Shown here: positions 1 through 13,995 of the stretch, one piece after another
Layout of the letters: each line of letters starts with the position of its first letter
Numbering within the stretch: the first letter of the stretch is position 1
Source of the DNA: Microbotryum violaceum
Lineage: Eukaryota
Assembly (NCBI GenBank): GCA_001244265.2
Contig: CDLV01000005.1
Span: 1,736,001 to 1,800,000, forward strand
DNA length: 64,000 nt
Direction of reading: 5' to 3'
Translations under genes and position numbers: made by a program
Notes under the pieces: generated by a model
Database searches by the model: none
Seen by the model: the letters and a program-made list of their open reading frames with translations, nothing else
Told to the model about the DNA's origin: nothing

Positions 1-459
1 AACGCATCAAAAATATTCTTGGGCGCTGTACATGATCTCTTGCGTTATTTAATGGATCATGCGAACAAGTGCAGTGCGGTCACTCAGGGGGTCCGTCCGG
101 GCCAAGGCAGCTTTCGCCAAAATAGCTGAGTGCGGCACTAAATATTCAAGGGATCCCAAGTCGTACATTTCGGAGTAAAATACCCTGGTCTTGGGAGTAA
201 TTACATACCATTTTGCTGTAAGGCATCTCCGACGCTGTGATCGCTGTGATGGCTTCTACAGCTGTAGACCAGATCCGCACGATCGAGTGCGCCACGCCGC
301 CAGCGTTCGTTCGCGCCGCTCGCTCGGGCCTGGCCGGGGAGACCAAAATATCGCCGAGCAGCCACCACACGCGGTGGTGCTCTCTCGACAGTTCCGCTCC
401 AGCTGAGCTCGTTCTTGTTCCGTGCGCCCGCTTCTCCCCCCTTCCTCAGCTTTTCAAAA

Positions 460-2542
460 ATGACGCGGTTCAGTATCGGTGGGTTGGGTGTTCGACGACC
501 CTTCGGTCAGGCCACCACGAACGTCAACAACCATCTCTCCGGTGGCTCCGCACATGGCCAGGCCCACGCGCATCAGCACAAGCGACACGGCTCGACCTCG
601 TCCTCGTCGCCTCTCTACGGGTCCGGATCCTCGTCTGCACCGTCTTCCGGGAACGGCAATGGTCCTTCGGTGGTAGGCTCGACTACGGCTTCGAACGGTA
701 GTCGTCGTCGATGGCCCCTCCGCGCCGGGGCGGTGATGCTACGTGGTCCCGGTCTCCTCCTTCGTGCGCCGACGCGTCTGCTGCTCGCCACGCCCCGAGG
801 CGCCTACAAAGGTCTCCGTAGAGCAGGCATGGTCGCTGCTCCCGTCGTTGCCGCAGGTCCTCAGAGACTGTTTGGTACTTCGGCTAGGGCGAGAAGGTTG
901 CAGCAACGACAGCAGCAGCAGCAGGTCGAGAGGGACGGGGTGGTGGAGGGGGATAAGGTGGGGTCGACCGGTGCAGGGGTACAAGGACAGCCGCACGGGC
1001 CTCGGCAGAGCTTTACGAGTGAGCTTGTGTGTGAGCAATTCACATTCTTCTTTCGGTATGCTCACTCAACCACTACTTTTCTCCAGCCCGCCTCCGCCAA
1101 AGGTGGTCCTCGACCGAAACGCGCTGGTACCCGATCCCGATTTCGCTCGGCGCAGCCCTCCTCGTCGCTCTTAGCCTCTACAAGAAACGAGACGGGCTCT
1201 ACAATAACCTCGATTCCGACTCGACCGACTCGGACTCTCGCTCCGTTCGTCGCAAGCCCGTTTCGGAATCACAAATCAAAGTCCAAGGACCCTGGCAGGT
1301 GCACGTCATCGGGGCCTTACCCCTACGATCCATTTCGAGGATCTACGGCCTGTTGAACAGCTTCGAGTTGCCCGTCTGGTTCAGGACGCCGGGGTATCGG
1401 TTGTACGCTTGGTTCTTTGGGGTCAATTTGGATGAGTGCGAACCGAGCGACTTGAGGGAGTACAGGAGTATGAGCGAGTTCTTCATGAGGAGGCTCAAGG
1501 ACGGGGTTAGGCCGATCGCGGATACGGTGCTGGTGAGTGGGGGAGGAGCGTCTAGGATAGGACAGAATGGTAGGACTAATGTGCTTTGTTGCACCAGGTC
1601 TCACCTTCGGATGGCAAAGTCGTCAACTTTGGCGTCGTCGAAGGCGGTCGAGTCGAACAAGTCAAAGGCTCGACCTACTCCCTCGAAGCCCTCCTCAACG
1701 GCACCGGACCCGCATCCGACACGCCAACGTCCAAAAGTCGTCGCCCCTACGTCGCTCCTGAACACCCACACAAAGCCGAGCCCATCTCGGTCAACGAAGA
1801 AGAGTTTGCCAACATCAATGACATTTCCTATTCACTCGATGAACTGATGGGGAACCGACCCATCGGACCTCGGTCTTCACCCTCCTTCACGACAGAGGAT
1901 GCTTCCCTTTCCTCAAATGAACAACACCTCGCCTCAACCCAAGGCCCCAAGCGGTCCCTCTCGACGGACGCCAAAGTCGCCCTCGAAGTCAGCTCGTCCT
2001 CGTCGAACCCTACGAACCCGAAACAAGGCCACAAGCTTTTCTTTACCGTCGTTTACCTCGCCCCGGGTGACTACCATCGCTACCATTCCCCTACGAATTG
2101 GGTCGTGGAGAAGAGACGTCATTTCGCTGGCGAGTTGTTCTCCGTCTCACCTTGGATGGCGGCCAAGTTGCAAGATCTTTTCGTGCTTAATGAACGGGTC
2201 GCGTTGTTGGGGAGATGGAAGTATGGATTTTTTTCCATGACGCCCGTAGGGGCGACGAACGTCGGATCCATTCGCGTCAATTTCGATTCAACGTTGAGGA
2301 CCAACTCCCCCTTACGTCCCATCACTCCCGGAACCTTCTCCGAAGCGACCTACGCCAAAGCTTCGACTTTGTTGGGCGGTCAACCGTTGAGGAAGGGGGA
2401 TGAAGTCGGGGGTTTCTGGTTGGGTTCGACAATCGTTTTGGTGTTTGAGGCACCGGAGGATTTTGAGTTTATGATCGAGAGGGGGGAAAAGGTCAAGATG
2501 GGGCAGGCGTTGGGGGAGGTTAGGAGGAGGAAACAGGAGTGA
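460..2542 (+). CDS. PSD1: Phosphatidylserine decarboxylase proenzyme, mitochondrial type (introns ~1019-1086 and ~1533-1597)
   Basis: Spliced ORFs give ALPLRSISRIYG, EFFMRRLKDGVRPI, SPSDGKV, YLAPGDYHRYHSP, NERV, VGATNVGSI and the GFWLGSTIVLVFEAP self-cleavage (LGST) motif; long basic N-terminal extension. Confidence 0.93.
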
Positions 2543-3041
2543 GACATGGGAAGGGTCGGCGAGCACAGGAGGGGTGGGTTTAGCTTGGGTTAGTTCTGTG
2601 GCGTAGTTAATTCGGTTTTGGAGTAAAGTGAGGATTGAGCGTTAGCATCACTTTGAACATGGCTGGGGTGGGTAGCGGGTCGGTGTTACCGGGCGGCTTT
2701 CCCAAATTGAGCGCCGAGAACTTGCCGAGGAGGAACAGGAGTATGCGGGCCATTCTCCGAGCAGAACGCGAGTCAACGCTACAAAAGAGGTACGATCTAC
2801 GGTCGATGCCGTGCTGTTGTGCCGATGCGAAATCGAGATGCCGAAAAAGTTGATTCGACAAGCCGAAACTCTTCAGCCGTGAGCGATCGGCGTTGTCTTC
2901 AACGAGTCCGTCGGGTTGACTCACCGAGCCGGGCGGCAGAAAAACGGTCGCGCGGGAGATAAGACGATCGGCTCCAACTACTGGTCTGCCTTTGCTCTCT
3001 CCGTCCCGTCACTCACTCCAACGTTGCTCACCACCACCACG

Positions 3042-5414
3042 ATGACCCGATTAACGCCCTACCTCACGCGCGTACTCAAGACGCAGAGCAGTCGATCGTC
3101 CACCTCGCTGTTCCACACCCGTCAAACCGAAATTCCGCCCGTCGCTTCGTCGCTCAAGTCGTCGTCGTCGTCGTGTTTTAGCACTTCGGCCTTGCCCAAG
3201 GAGAAGCATGCCCAGACGACGAGTCCCCCTATCGTTGGCTCACCTGTGACGGGGCAGGATTTGATGACGGGGGAGATTTTAGCGGGCGCCGATATCGATG
3301 TAGGTTTTTTTCTCCCGTTCGGGGTTGGGGTTGGCGAGATATGGGGATCGATTCTGGGACGAAATGAGACGTCGAACCCCGAGTGGGTGACTCGTCGTAC
3401 TTGCGATCGGACCTTTCCTTCCTCCTACATGAACACTGACGCTCGACTGTTTCCGCCAGCCCTCGGCGCTCGAAGTGGAGCTCACGTCGTCGCCCAAGAC
3501 GATCCCTCCTTCCAACCAGTTGCAGTTCGGTCGCACGTTCACCGACCACATGTTGACCATCCCTTGGAACGTGCAATCCGGGTGAGACTACTTTTTTCTC
3601 CGGCCATTCTCGGCGATCGTTTACAAGGTGGCGGGATCGTTACCGGATCGACGAACACGTTTTGCTCTGCCGCCGCGTTCCTCGCTGGCGCGGGCCCCAC
3701 CTCTCGGCAAGCCGGCCGTTGCGCGCCAAGGTAGTCATTTCGAAGACGTCACTGAAAGGAGCACGATCTTGGCCAAGTTGTTGCCTGTTCTCGCTCAGCA
3801 CAGTCACCGTCGGTCCGGAATTTCCATCGCCCCCCCCCCCCCCCCCCCACGCTGTTACCCCAGCGCCCGTATCTTCGCCATCACGCCAAAAAAATCCACT
3901 AAACTCCGTTCGTCCTCGCACAGCTGGGGCACACCCAAGATCGTTCCTTACGCTCCCTTGCAATTGGACCCGTCCTCGACCGTGCTGCACTATGCTCCTA
4001 CATTGTTCGAAGGCATGAAGGCGTACAAGGATGAGAAAGGCCAGGTTAGGTTGTTTAGGCCTGATAAGGTACGTTTTGTAGCGTGGCGATCAAGAGGGAA
4101 TGGGATGCACGATGAGGTGTGGGCGTACTGATGCGGAATGTTTCCTCGTGTGGGGTGCAGAACATGGAACGTATGACGAGGAGTGCGGCGAGGTTGGCGT
4201 TCCCCGTACGTTATTGGGTCCTCAGCGGAATCCTCTCTCGATCTAATGGGGTTTGTATTGAATCCGCAATCTCTTCCGACCCCAGGACTTCACGGGCGAC
4301 CACCTCACGACCCTGATCAAGAAGCTCGTCGACGTGGACTCGAAATGGGTCCCTTCCGAACAAGGCACCTCACTCTGTACGTTGGTCGCGCCGGATTGCG
4401 ATTTCAGTAACGAGTTCAAGAACTGATCATCTACACCTCGTCGCGGCATGGTCCAAAGACATTCGCCCTACGATGATTGGCACACAAGCTGGGTTGGGCG
4501 TTGGCGCTTCGACTGATGTTTTGCTTTTCGTCATGTGAGCCCTCGCACAATACAATTCCAATAGCAAGTTCGACCAAAACTGACTTTTCATGTGTCTCCT
4601 GCCTGGCTGAAAAGTGCGTGCCCCGTCGGTCCTTACTACTCGACCGGGTTCAAGCCCGTCAAGTTGCTCGCGACCGCCAAGGATGTCCGTGCTTGGCCCG
4701 GAGGGACGGGTGGTTACAAGTTGGGATCCAACTGTACGCATGCATATTGCCCGAATTTCTTAAAATCTCAAGACTCCGCACTGACTTTGGCATGTAAATG
4801 CTTTCCCTTTCAGACGCCGCCGGTGTGGTCCCCCAACAAGCCGCCGCTGCTTTAGGCTACCAACAAATCCTGTGGCTCTACGGGCCCGAACACCAATTGA
4901 CCGAAGTAGGCACCATGAATCTGTTCGTTGTCCTCTCCCAACCGGACGGGACGACCGAACTCGTCACCCCTCCCTTGGAGGACATGATCCTTCCCGGCGT
5001 GACACGAGATTCCGTCTTGGCGTTGGCTAGGGCACACGAGAAGGGTGAAGCCAAGTTGGAAGGCCTGCCGGACAAGTTCAAGGTATCGGAGAGGAATTTG
5101 ACGATGCCGCAGTTGAGGCAGGCGAGTAAGGATGAGAGTTTGAAGGAGGTCTTTGGTTCGGGAACGGTACGTCCTTCTCTCTCCATCACGCGAATTACAT
5201 CTTCCCTTCTGCTATAGTCATTAACTCTCTCGTATCCCCCCCCCCCGATCAGGCCGCCATTGTATCACCCGTATCCGGGATCGGATACGAATCCGAACTC
5301 ATCGACGTACCCCACGGCGAAGATGGTCTTGGTGACGTTGCGAGGGTCATGTTGAGGGAGATTGTCGGACGACAGACGGGCAGGATCGAGAGCGAGTGGA
5401 GTGTGGTCATTTAA
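3042..5414 (+). CDS. BAT1: Branched-chain amino acid aminotransferase (multi-intron)
   Basis: [40 protein letters not shown] (PLP lysine), [25 protein letters not shown]; Ser/Thr/Arg-rich presequence. Confidence 0.92.
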
Positions 5415-6073
5415 GAGGGGAGGGGACGCATACGAAGGTTTACTTAATTGGTAATTCGGTATTTGAGGTGGTATGAGATTCTTTAGAAGAGGACTGTGTG
5501 AGCGATTAAGAAGACGGAGGTATAAGCGGGGTGAGGATTCGGGGACCCAACAGCATCACTCGAAGAGACGACAGCGTGCAAGGACGACGGAAGCCCTCGT
5601 GCCAGTAGACGGGCCAAGGCGAGCAAACAGACTTCCTCCGCTGGCCGGGACACGTTCTTTCGTCCGGCCAGGAATCGGCCCGGCCTCGAGTGCGTTGGCG
5701 TTTGATCCCCCATCGTCCTTCCTCCGATTCTCGCGCTCCAACTACCGCCATCTCGTCGCCTAGTCTTTTTTCGTATATTTTCTGTCAACACCGATCGCTT
5801 CCAACGACTTCGGCTGTGTCCGTCGTGATTCTCATTCTGACTCGGCAAAAGCCGACGAAAAGATTAGCCAGGCTCACAACATGAGGCGAACACTTGCTCT
5901 CGTACCATGATCCGAAGGGTCGAACGACAATGAAAAGGGTGTACTGGTTGTATCGCACAAACGGTGCAGTTGTGAACAAAGAGCTAAGACGTGACAACGA
6001 TAGAAAAGCGACCGCAACGACTGGAACAACTCCACCCTCCCAAGGAAAGCGCCAACTCCCCTGTACTCCTTCC

Positions 6074-8547
6074 CTACTCCAAATACTTCTTCCAAAACCC
6101 TGTCGACCCATTCGTCCTCGCCCTGTTGTCCTCCTTGATATCCAACAATTCGCACAACAAATCATAAACCTCAACATTCTCAAACGCCGGGATCAACGTC
6201 ACTTCCTCCTTCTCCAGAACCCCCTCGGCACGTTCGCTGAGGACGGTCCGTTTGATGAGGTTGGGGTTCTGTTCAAGGGTTTGGGATTGGAGACGCGATG
6301 CGAAGGGGCCGTGGGCGATGAAGATGGCTTGCATATCCGGGTCGGCGTTGTCGTAGCCGTGGTTCCTAAGCGAGGACAAAACCAAAGAAAACAAGTCGGC
6401 ATGGCGAATGAGTGGATGAGTGGTCGACTCGAGAGCAGTTTCAAAGTCCTCCAGAACTTGACTTACCCAGCAGGCGTAAATTGGCCCTTCATCTCGACCT
6501 CAAACTCATGATGATTCGTGATGGCCCACCCAGGATGGGGAACGACATAAATCGGCGCGATACGCTGCAGAATCATGCGAGTAAAGTCCTACCTCAGTTT
6601 CGAGATTCATCCTCAACCTGGGTAAGATTGACCACGTGACCTACCTCGTTGCCTGTGAAATGCCATCTTTCGGGCATGTCCTCTTGGGTGTAGACGTTGA
6701 AGCCTCCCTTGGATTCGGTCGCGGCTTGACGGAGTTTGGAAAGCATCAGAGCCGCGTCGATGTCGGGTTTGAAGCGCAGACCAACGGATGGCCATCCTTG
6801 GTGCAGAAAACCCCCTGTCAGCTCATCCCCTCCACCCTGAAAGCTCTGCCACCATCCACCACTCACCTTCCGCCGTCAGGATCCCTTCGAACCCTTCCTT
6901 TCCCAGAATATCATCCAAAAACACCAATCGCTCGTTATGGGTGCTCGTCATCCCATGATCGCTCACGAACACCACGTCCACCACCTGCGTCAAATTCCTC
7001 TCCTCCAAAAGTCCCGTCACCCCTTTCGCAAAATCGTCCATCTCCAACAACTCGTCTGCCAGCGCTTTGGAATCAGGTCCGGTACGATGGCCTTCTTGGT
7101 CGACTTCGGGGGCGTAGGCGAGGATGAGATTGGGGCGGGAGGTATGAGGGAGGTCGAGCCAAGAGGCGATTTGCAAAAGTTTACGCGAGTAGTGGTAGTG
7201 GTCATGAAACGCGTACCACCGAGTCGGTTTGGTGCCATCCGCCATCATCGGAGGGCCTGTGATGGTGAAGAACGACTTGTCAACCTCACGACCCAAGGAT
7301 TTGATCGAAAGAAACCACCCACTTGGCCACATGAGAACGTTCGCCTTTAACCCATTCTTAACCGCCGTAGACCAGATCTAACCCGCCCACGCAACAAATC
7401 ATCAGTCTCCACTCTCGACAGTGCCAACCTCTAAACCCCCAAAACGTACCGGTTCCCCGCCCCACCATTCCGGACCCCAACTCTGTTCAGGTTTGGTATA
7501 CACAAACTCCTTGCTCAAATTGGGGTCCCAGAAATCATTCGCGATGATCCCATGGCTCGAAGGGTACAGGCCCGTGATCAACGAGTAGTGGTTTGGGAAC
7601 GTCAACGTCGGAAATGAGGGCTGTAGCGATTCGGCGCGAAGTCCCTTTTTGGAGACGGAGAGGAGATGGGGCGTGAGGTTGCGTGTGAGGTAGTCGGATC
7701 GAACGCCGTCGAGTGAGACGAGGATGACCGTTCGATCTGAATCATGCACCAAGTCGAGCGGGGTTAGCTCGTCCCCGTCGTGCGTACGCGCTCCTTCGCT
7801 TGCCCCACTCACCGAACCAATGCGTGCCATTCGATCTCCACCCACTAGTCTTCTCCTTTTCCTCCTTGGCCGCTCCGCCATCCCCACCCGCCCAATGGGG
7901 TGTTTGCTTATCATGCGCCAAGCGATTATCGCCGACCTGCGCGAACGGCACATCGTTGAAATGCGCGTCCTCGGGTAATGGGTTCTTGGCCAGCGCAGGA
8001 CTGGACGAAAAGGTTCCCGGTTTGAGTTCGGGATGTCCTTTGTAGTAGTCCGAGGAAGGGTAGTTGAAGTGGTAGGCGTAGGGTGAGGCGGGGTGGAAGA
8101 GGAGGATCATGAGCAGCAGCACGACGATCGACAGGGTCGAGAGCAGCACCGTGCGCAAGGAGACCTGTAGACAAAGGGTACTGTCAGTATTATAGTCAAT
8201 GCAAGACGGAGCCGACCCGAAAACGGGTGTGCGGGCCAACTGACTGCAGCGAGCCAAGACCGGTCCAGCGTCGGCGAGACTTGAGCCGCCGTAGGATCGA
8301 CATAGGCGTGTCCGACCTCCTTGTCATCCATATCCTGTTCGTACACGACCAAACCATCCCCTTCCCCAGCCCTAAGCGAGGTACGCTCATCCTCATCGCC
8401 GTCGTTTGAGCTGGGACGCGACGTCCTTCGCTGACGCTGGCGCGGCGAAGTCGGGAGCGATGCAGGTGATCGAGGTACGTCCAGGTACAGAGACGACTCG
8501 TTCCCATCCGACGAGGGGATCACGGCAGAGTATTCGCCTCGTGACAT
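6074..8547 (-). CDS. Nucleotide pyrophosphatase/phosphodiesterase (NPP/type I phosphodiesterase), type II membrane protein
   Basis: ILVSLDGVRSDY, PSFPTLTFPNHYSLITGLYPSSHGIIAN, WWGGEP, VDQEGH, FVSDHGM, NHGYDN, FENVEVYDLLC; N-terminal hydrophobic helix. Confidence 0.9.
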
Positions 8548-8901
8548 GCTGGCGGCCAGCGCGTGGCGTTATGCTGCGTAGGTGTAAGAGTGTGCGGCAA
8601 CTCGGAGAAAGGCACAAGGCCAAGGCGCGCGCGGGAGCGAGAAAGGGGCAAGTCGGGAGACATTTGTCGTCCGATAGACCAGGCGCGCGATCGATTTCGA
8701 AAGAGTCACCGAGATACTGCAGTGATGTCAATCATGGCATTTCGCGGGCCATGCAACTAGCTCCACCTGAATCGATAATTCACTTACCGTCTCAAGGTCT
8801 TAGCCAAAGTCTCGATATAGGAGACGACCGAGATAAGGATATTGCGTCGAGTCGTCCGACTCGGAGTCGGAGCTTCACGAAGCAGGATCTCGGCGTCGAC
8901 C

Positions 8902-10965
8902 TAAGCTCAACTAAGCCCTCCCTCGGGAAGGGGCTTAGGACTTATCGGCGCGCCTGGCCCAGTTGCCCTCCGAAATTTCAGGGCCATTTTGGGGTGGTTC
9001 TCTGTAGCGTGGCAAGTACTTACAATGATCCAAAACGCAGAGATGCTATTGATCTTCTACTAGAAAAAATGCCTGTGCGGAACAACAAGAGGATAACCTT
9101 TCTGTAGGCGAAGCTATAATGATCTGAAGTGTGCAGATTTGGTCAATTTGCTCCCGAGTGGTCCGAGCGGCAGCACGCTGCTGCAGCCGCCGGCTTCCGC
9201 ACTTCGGCGTGTGCGCATCGGTTTCTCTCCCGTCCCATTCCGCATCACTCGTCTTCTCGGTACTATGCTCTTCGCTTGTTCTCGGTGGAACACCGCGCTT
9301 ATCTCAGAATGACGCGCAACCGCAGACGCTATGACTCGACGACTCGCCAGGATCGCCGCCGTCAGGCGGATCTATTCGCTCGGTTTCGGTTTCATAAGCT
9401 CTCACTATGTCAACACCTCTCGTGGTATTTCAGCCCATCAACACAACACGGTGGTGTTCACAAGCATAAGCCAAAGCTCTTCAACAGTAATTGGACAGAC
9501 ATAGCTCAAGCATGTACTTGATCTCATCATACAACTCGCCCGCGAAGATGGCCCAGACGCACGAGGCCGAATCAATAATTGGATTGCCAACCAGGTGGGT
9601 AACCCTCCAGCATATCAGATCAGGATACAAGACCGCGGCAAGGCCTCTTAAACACTTGCGTCATACCTGTACAATCTGACTCAATCATTGTGAAAGAGAT
9701 GAAACGAACCAAATCCGCCTTCGTCTTCAGCCACGACATTGCTCCCGAAGTCTTTGCATCTGATCAGATTGACGCACGCCTTGACGCAATAGTCGAAAGC
9801 AACTCTTTCATCACTGGACGCATCCGCAACCTCTTGTCTCACTGCGGAGACCCACCACCAGTCGAAGAATCAAACTGCGACAAACTCAGCTCGGATTCTA
9901 CGGACGTTGACATGGAGGACGCTCAAGAGGATAGCTCTGGGTCGGATGCAGAACGGGGGTGTTTCAAGAAGCGACATATATCATTTGTGCGTAATTATTG
10001 CCTGAGCTCAGCCCCTTGGTCAAAGTCAAATTGATGATGGCGTTTATTGACTTGCCGCAGCTTTGTCGCTCGATAATGGGTCAGATCGCCTTCGCGTGTA
10101 ACCGAAGAAATAATGCTATGCAGCATCGTAACGGTCTCATGGCTCTCTCGCATGTGGAGCGAACGATCGGTTGACGACGTTGGCTTGAAATATCAAGCTC
10201 CTCCCTGAACCCGTTGGAGCAATCACGAACACAGCGTCTTACTGATTTCGAGTCTTGAACCGCTCGAGCTGAAAAAGTCCGGCGAGAGCTTCGATTTGCA
10301 CCGGCCGCGGGACGAAGTCCTCGCCAAATTTGTCGACCAAGAGTAGTCTGAGCTTCTTGCGTAACTCAATCGGGTCAACTCGATCTTCCTGAGTCAATTG
10401 TGATTTCCAGTGAGCAGCCCGAGAACGAGGGATAGGCAGTTCGGGGGTTGTGTTGGTTGATTGATGGTCCCTCGATGTCGTTGGCTTTGCCCTCGAAGCT
10501 GATCGTAAGGGCGACTCTCTGAACTCAATCGATGGAAACCGACGAGGTGCGCCCTTGACAGATGTGGCGTTTGTACGGGCATGGTGGATCATCAGGGCGG
10601 TAGCGACGTCGTGCACTGGCGTTGTGGACCGAAGGTGAGACCGGTGAGGCCCGGCTGGCTGATTCACGTCGGCGCGAAGAACCGTCCCTCTGGGTCCGTG
10701 CGCGAGCCAGCTCCAAGTCGAAAATAACGACTTCTCACCGCTGTAGCTCAATGAATAGGATTCCCAAGAGTCTTCCCTTAGGGTATATGCTCGAAAAAAT
10801 AGCATAAGAGTAACCCTTTTGCAACGATTGTATAGGTTATTTTTATTTGCCATGCTACAGCAAGGTGGTACTTTTCTGGGCCAAATTTCGATAGGCAACT
10901 TAGCAAAACGCGCGGATAAGGTACAAGCGCACAAGCCCCCCACAGAGTGGAGGGTTTCGAGCTTA
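8902..10965. mobile_element. Internally deleted AcademH-like DNA transposon (~2.06 kb)
   Basis: Perfect 9-bp direct flank GCGTCGACC at 8893-8901 and 10966-10974; termini TAAGCTC...GAGCTTA; diverged inverted repeats ~8902-9050 vs ~10800-10965; RecQ-like helicase start on the minus strand inside. Confidence 0.72.
10262..10400 (-). pseudogene. Truncated SF2/RecQ-like helicase N-terminus (Q-motif region)
   Basis: LRKKLRLLLVDKFGEDFVPRPVQIEALAGLFQ resembles the F.PRp.Q.eA segment preceding Walker A; no Walker A follows. Confidence 0.5.
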
Positions 10966-12147
10966 GCGTCGACCGGTCGACCGCTACGGCGGCGCGTTGC
11001 CAAGCGAGGCCGAATCGACTTGCCACGAGTCGCGAGCTCGGACGCTCACCACTCCTAACTTCAAGCTCACAAGGTTCACGACCTAATCAAAATCAAAGCC
11101 GTACCTTCTTCTATTTCTTATCCCTTCCTGACAACTCTCTCTGTGCTCTACGGCTCCGTCTTCCTTCCCTACGATCGTCGATCGAGGCCCTGCACCTGGA
11201 TATACGCACGCCCGCTGGCTCTCTCTCTCTCTTTGCGACCTCGACCCGCGATGCGCCAACCCCTCGTCACATACCTGGCTATATACATAAGCGCGCTAAA
11301 AAGTGGCGCGCGCGGCGCGCCTTCGACCCTCGCTTCCGCGCGGCGTAGCCATACATGTTGCCCGCCTGCAACCCGGGTTGCTGGGCGGCCCCAGGACTAA
11401 GGCAACTTGCTAATAAGATTGACCTATTATTAGGGAGTACTTGTGCAATCGCCCACAGTGCTGTCTCTTCTAGCCTCCCCCCGCTCAGCGCAAAATCAGA
11501 CCCGCGTCAGTTCTAACACGAGCATCAACTATTGTAACACACAGTAACACATTCTCGAATCAATCTACGACATTTGTATCAGACAATGGGCAGGCATAAA
11601 TGGAATCGCTTCAAGTTCTGACCTGACAGGCTACTTCGAGGGACATCCTGACTATAAGCCCCGAGGCCTTCGTTCGGACGCTCGAATCCGCACCAACATC
11701 CCCGGAACCCGGCACATGGTTACGTACACTGCGCGCCAAATTCAGCAAAAAACCTTTGATGAACATGCTCGTGGCGAAGCTAGCTCTCCGTCTCCTCGGC
11801 CTCCAATGGCCCCTCCGATACAGGCCGATTTCGACGAAGCCGCCAACCCGAGTGGGATGGATTGGGATGATGAACGTCACAGCGAGTACGGTGGTGGCCA
11901 TGAAAGCGACTTTAGTCCGGCCCCATATTTTTCGGATCGAACATCCCGTATGCCAATCGCGCCTGACTATCTTGCAACCGCCGAGCGATTATCATTGGCT
12001 GATCTGCGCCAAGTCGAAAGTTTCGAACCAGCCACACGTGGTCAGTCGAAGAAAGAAACGTACAAGCAGTTTGTGTTCAACGACGCTCGTCTAAGGAGCT
12101 TGGAACGGCCAGCGCTTCTGCGTCAGTATATTGCGTTTTGCGCTGGG

Positions 12148-13030
<883 letters not shown>

Positions 13031-13315
13031 TCAATTCACCAGTTAGGCAATGACCGTCTCGAGTTTTCCGTGAGCGTGTGTAGCCATCTAGCTTGTATGT
13101 TATGTCAATGGAGATCCTGCATTGCAACCATGATTCACCCCGAGGGTACAACGCACTCCGAAGGCGGAAATTCTTGTTCAATTTTTAACCTTAGGGCAGG
13201 GCGTAGATACACTACAACAGAGTCCCGCGCCTCCAGAAATGAGGAAGAGGTATGCGACGACATGCTTCATCAATTCTAGGACACTTTTAACAAGCACTGT
13301 ACAACCGGCGTGGCG

Positions 13316-13995
13316 ATGTGTACCCGCCGGAGGTACACACGACCGGTGCCCTCTCCAGCTGTGTACCCCTGGGGTTCCACGGCTCAGGCGCGGTCCGTCG
13401 CCGCCGACGGCCTTGCTGACTGCACTACAACAAACTTCCACGCCCCCGTTCAAAGCTCAGGATGTGTCTGGGGTTACGGAATGAAATAACCTCTTGCGAC
13501 GAGACCGACGAAAAATTTGTTTGCTACATCCGACTTGCACTCTGAAAAGCCCGCAAGGCCAACGCACTTCCCTAGCTGAATTCTTCGTTCGAATCAGCCT
13601 CCGAGCAGAGCAGAGCGAAACTGCACTACAACGAACTTCCACGCACCCGCTCAAAGCCCAGGATGTGTCTGAAATTACCGAAAGGATTCACTTCCCGCCG
13701 TTGGAGACTCGTATATGTTATTATACAGTGATCTGCCACCGGTGACCGACTTTGCACCCCCGGGGGTACACAAGGCGCAAGCGGGAAAGCGCCTGTGTAC
13801 TCCCGGGGGCACGCAGGACTGGTCCACTCTTCCGCTGTGTACTCCCGGTAATGATCACACCCCGCGCGCCGAATGACTGTGTACCCCCGGGAGTACACAG
13901 CTTTGTCGGCGGCACAGGCCGGGTCCCTCGGGGTTACACTCTTGTACTCTTGTCGCGCGCCGACTCTGTGTATGTGTACCCCCGGGAGTACACAG
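13316..13995. repeat. Array of ~24-bp palindromes (consensus CTGTGTACYCCCGGGRGTACACAG) with ~42-bp period
   Basis: Copies at 13316, 13359, 13750, 13793, 13835, 13877, 13919 (degenerate) and 13972; mostly 18-19 bp spacers within each run. Confidence 0.85.

Noticed and set aside
13750-13995. Calling the palindrome array a true CRISPR
   Set aside because: Eukaryotic context, no cas genes, degenerate repeats, spacers only ~18 bp and partly related; recorded as a repeat
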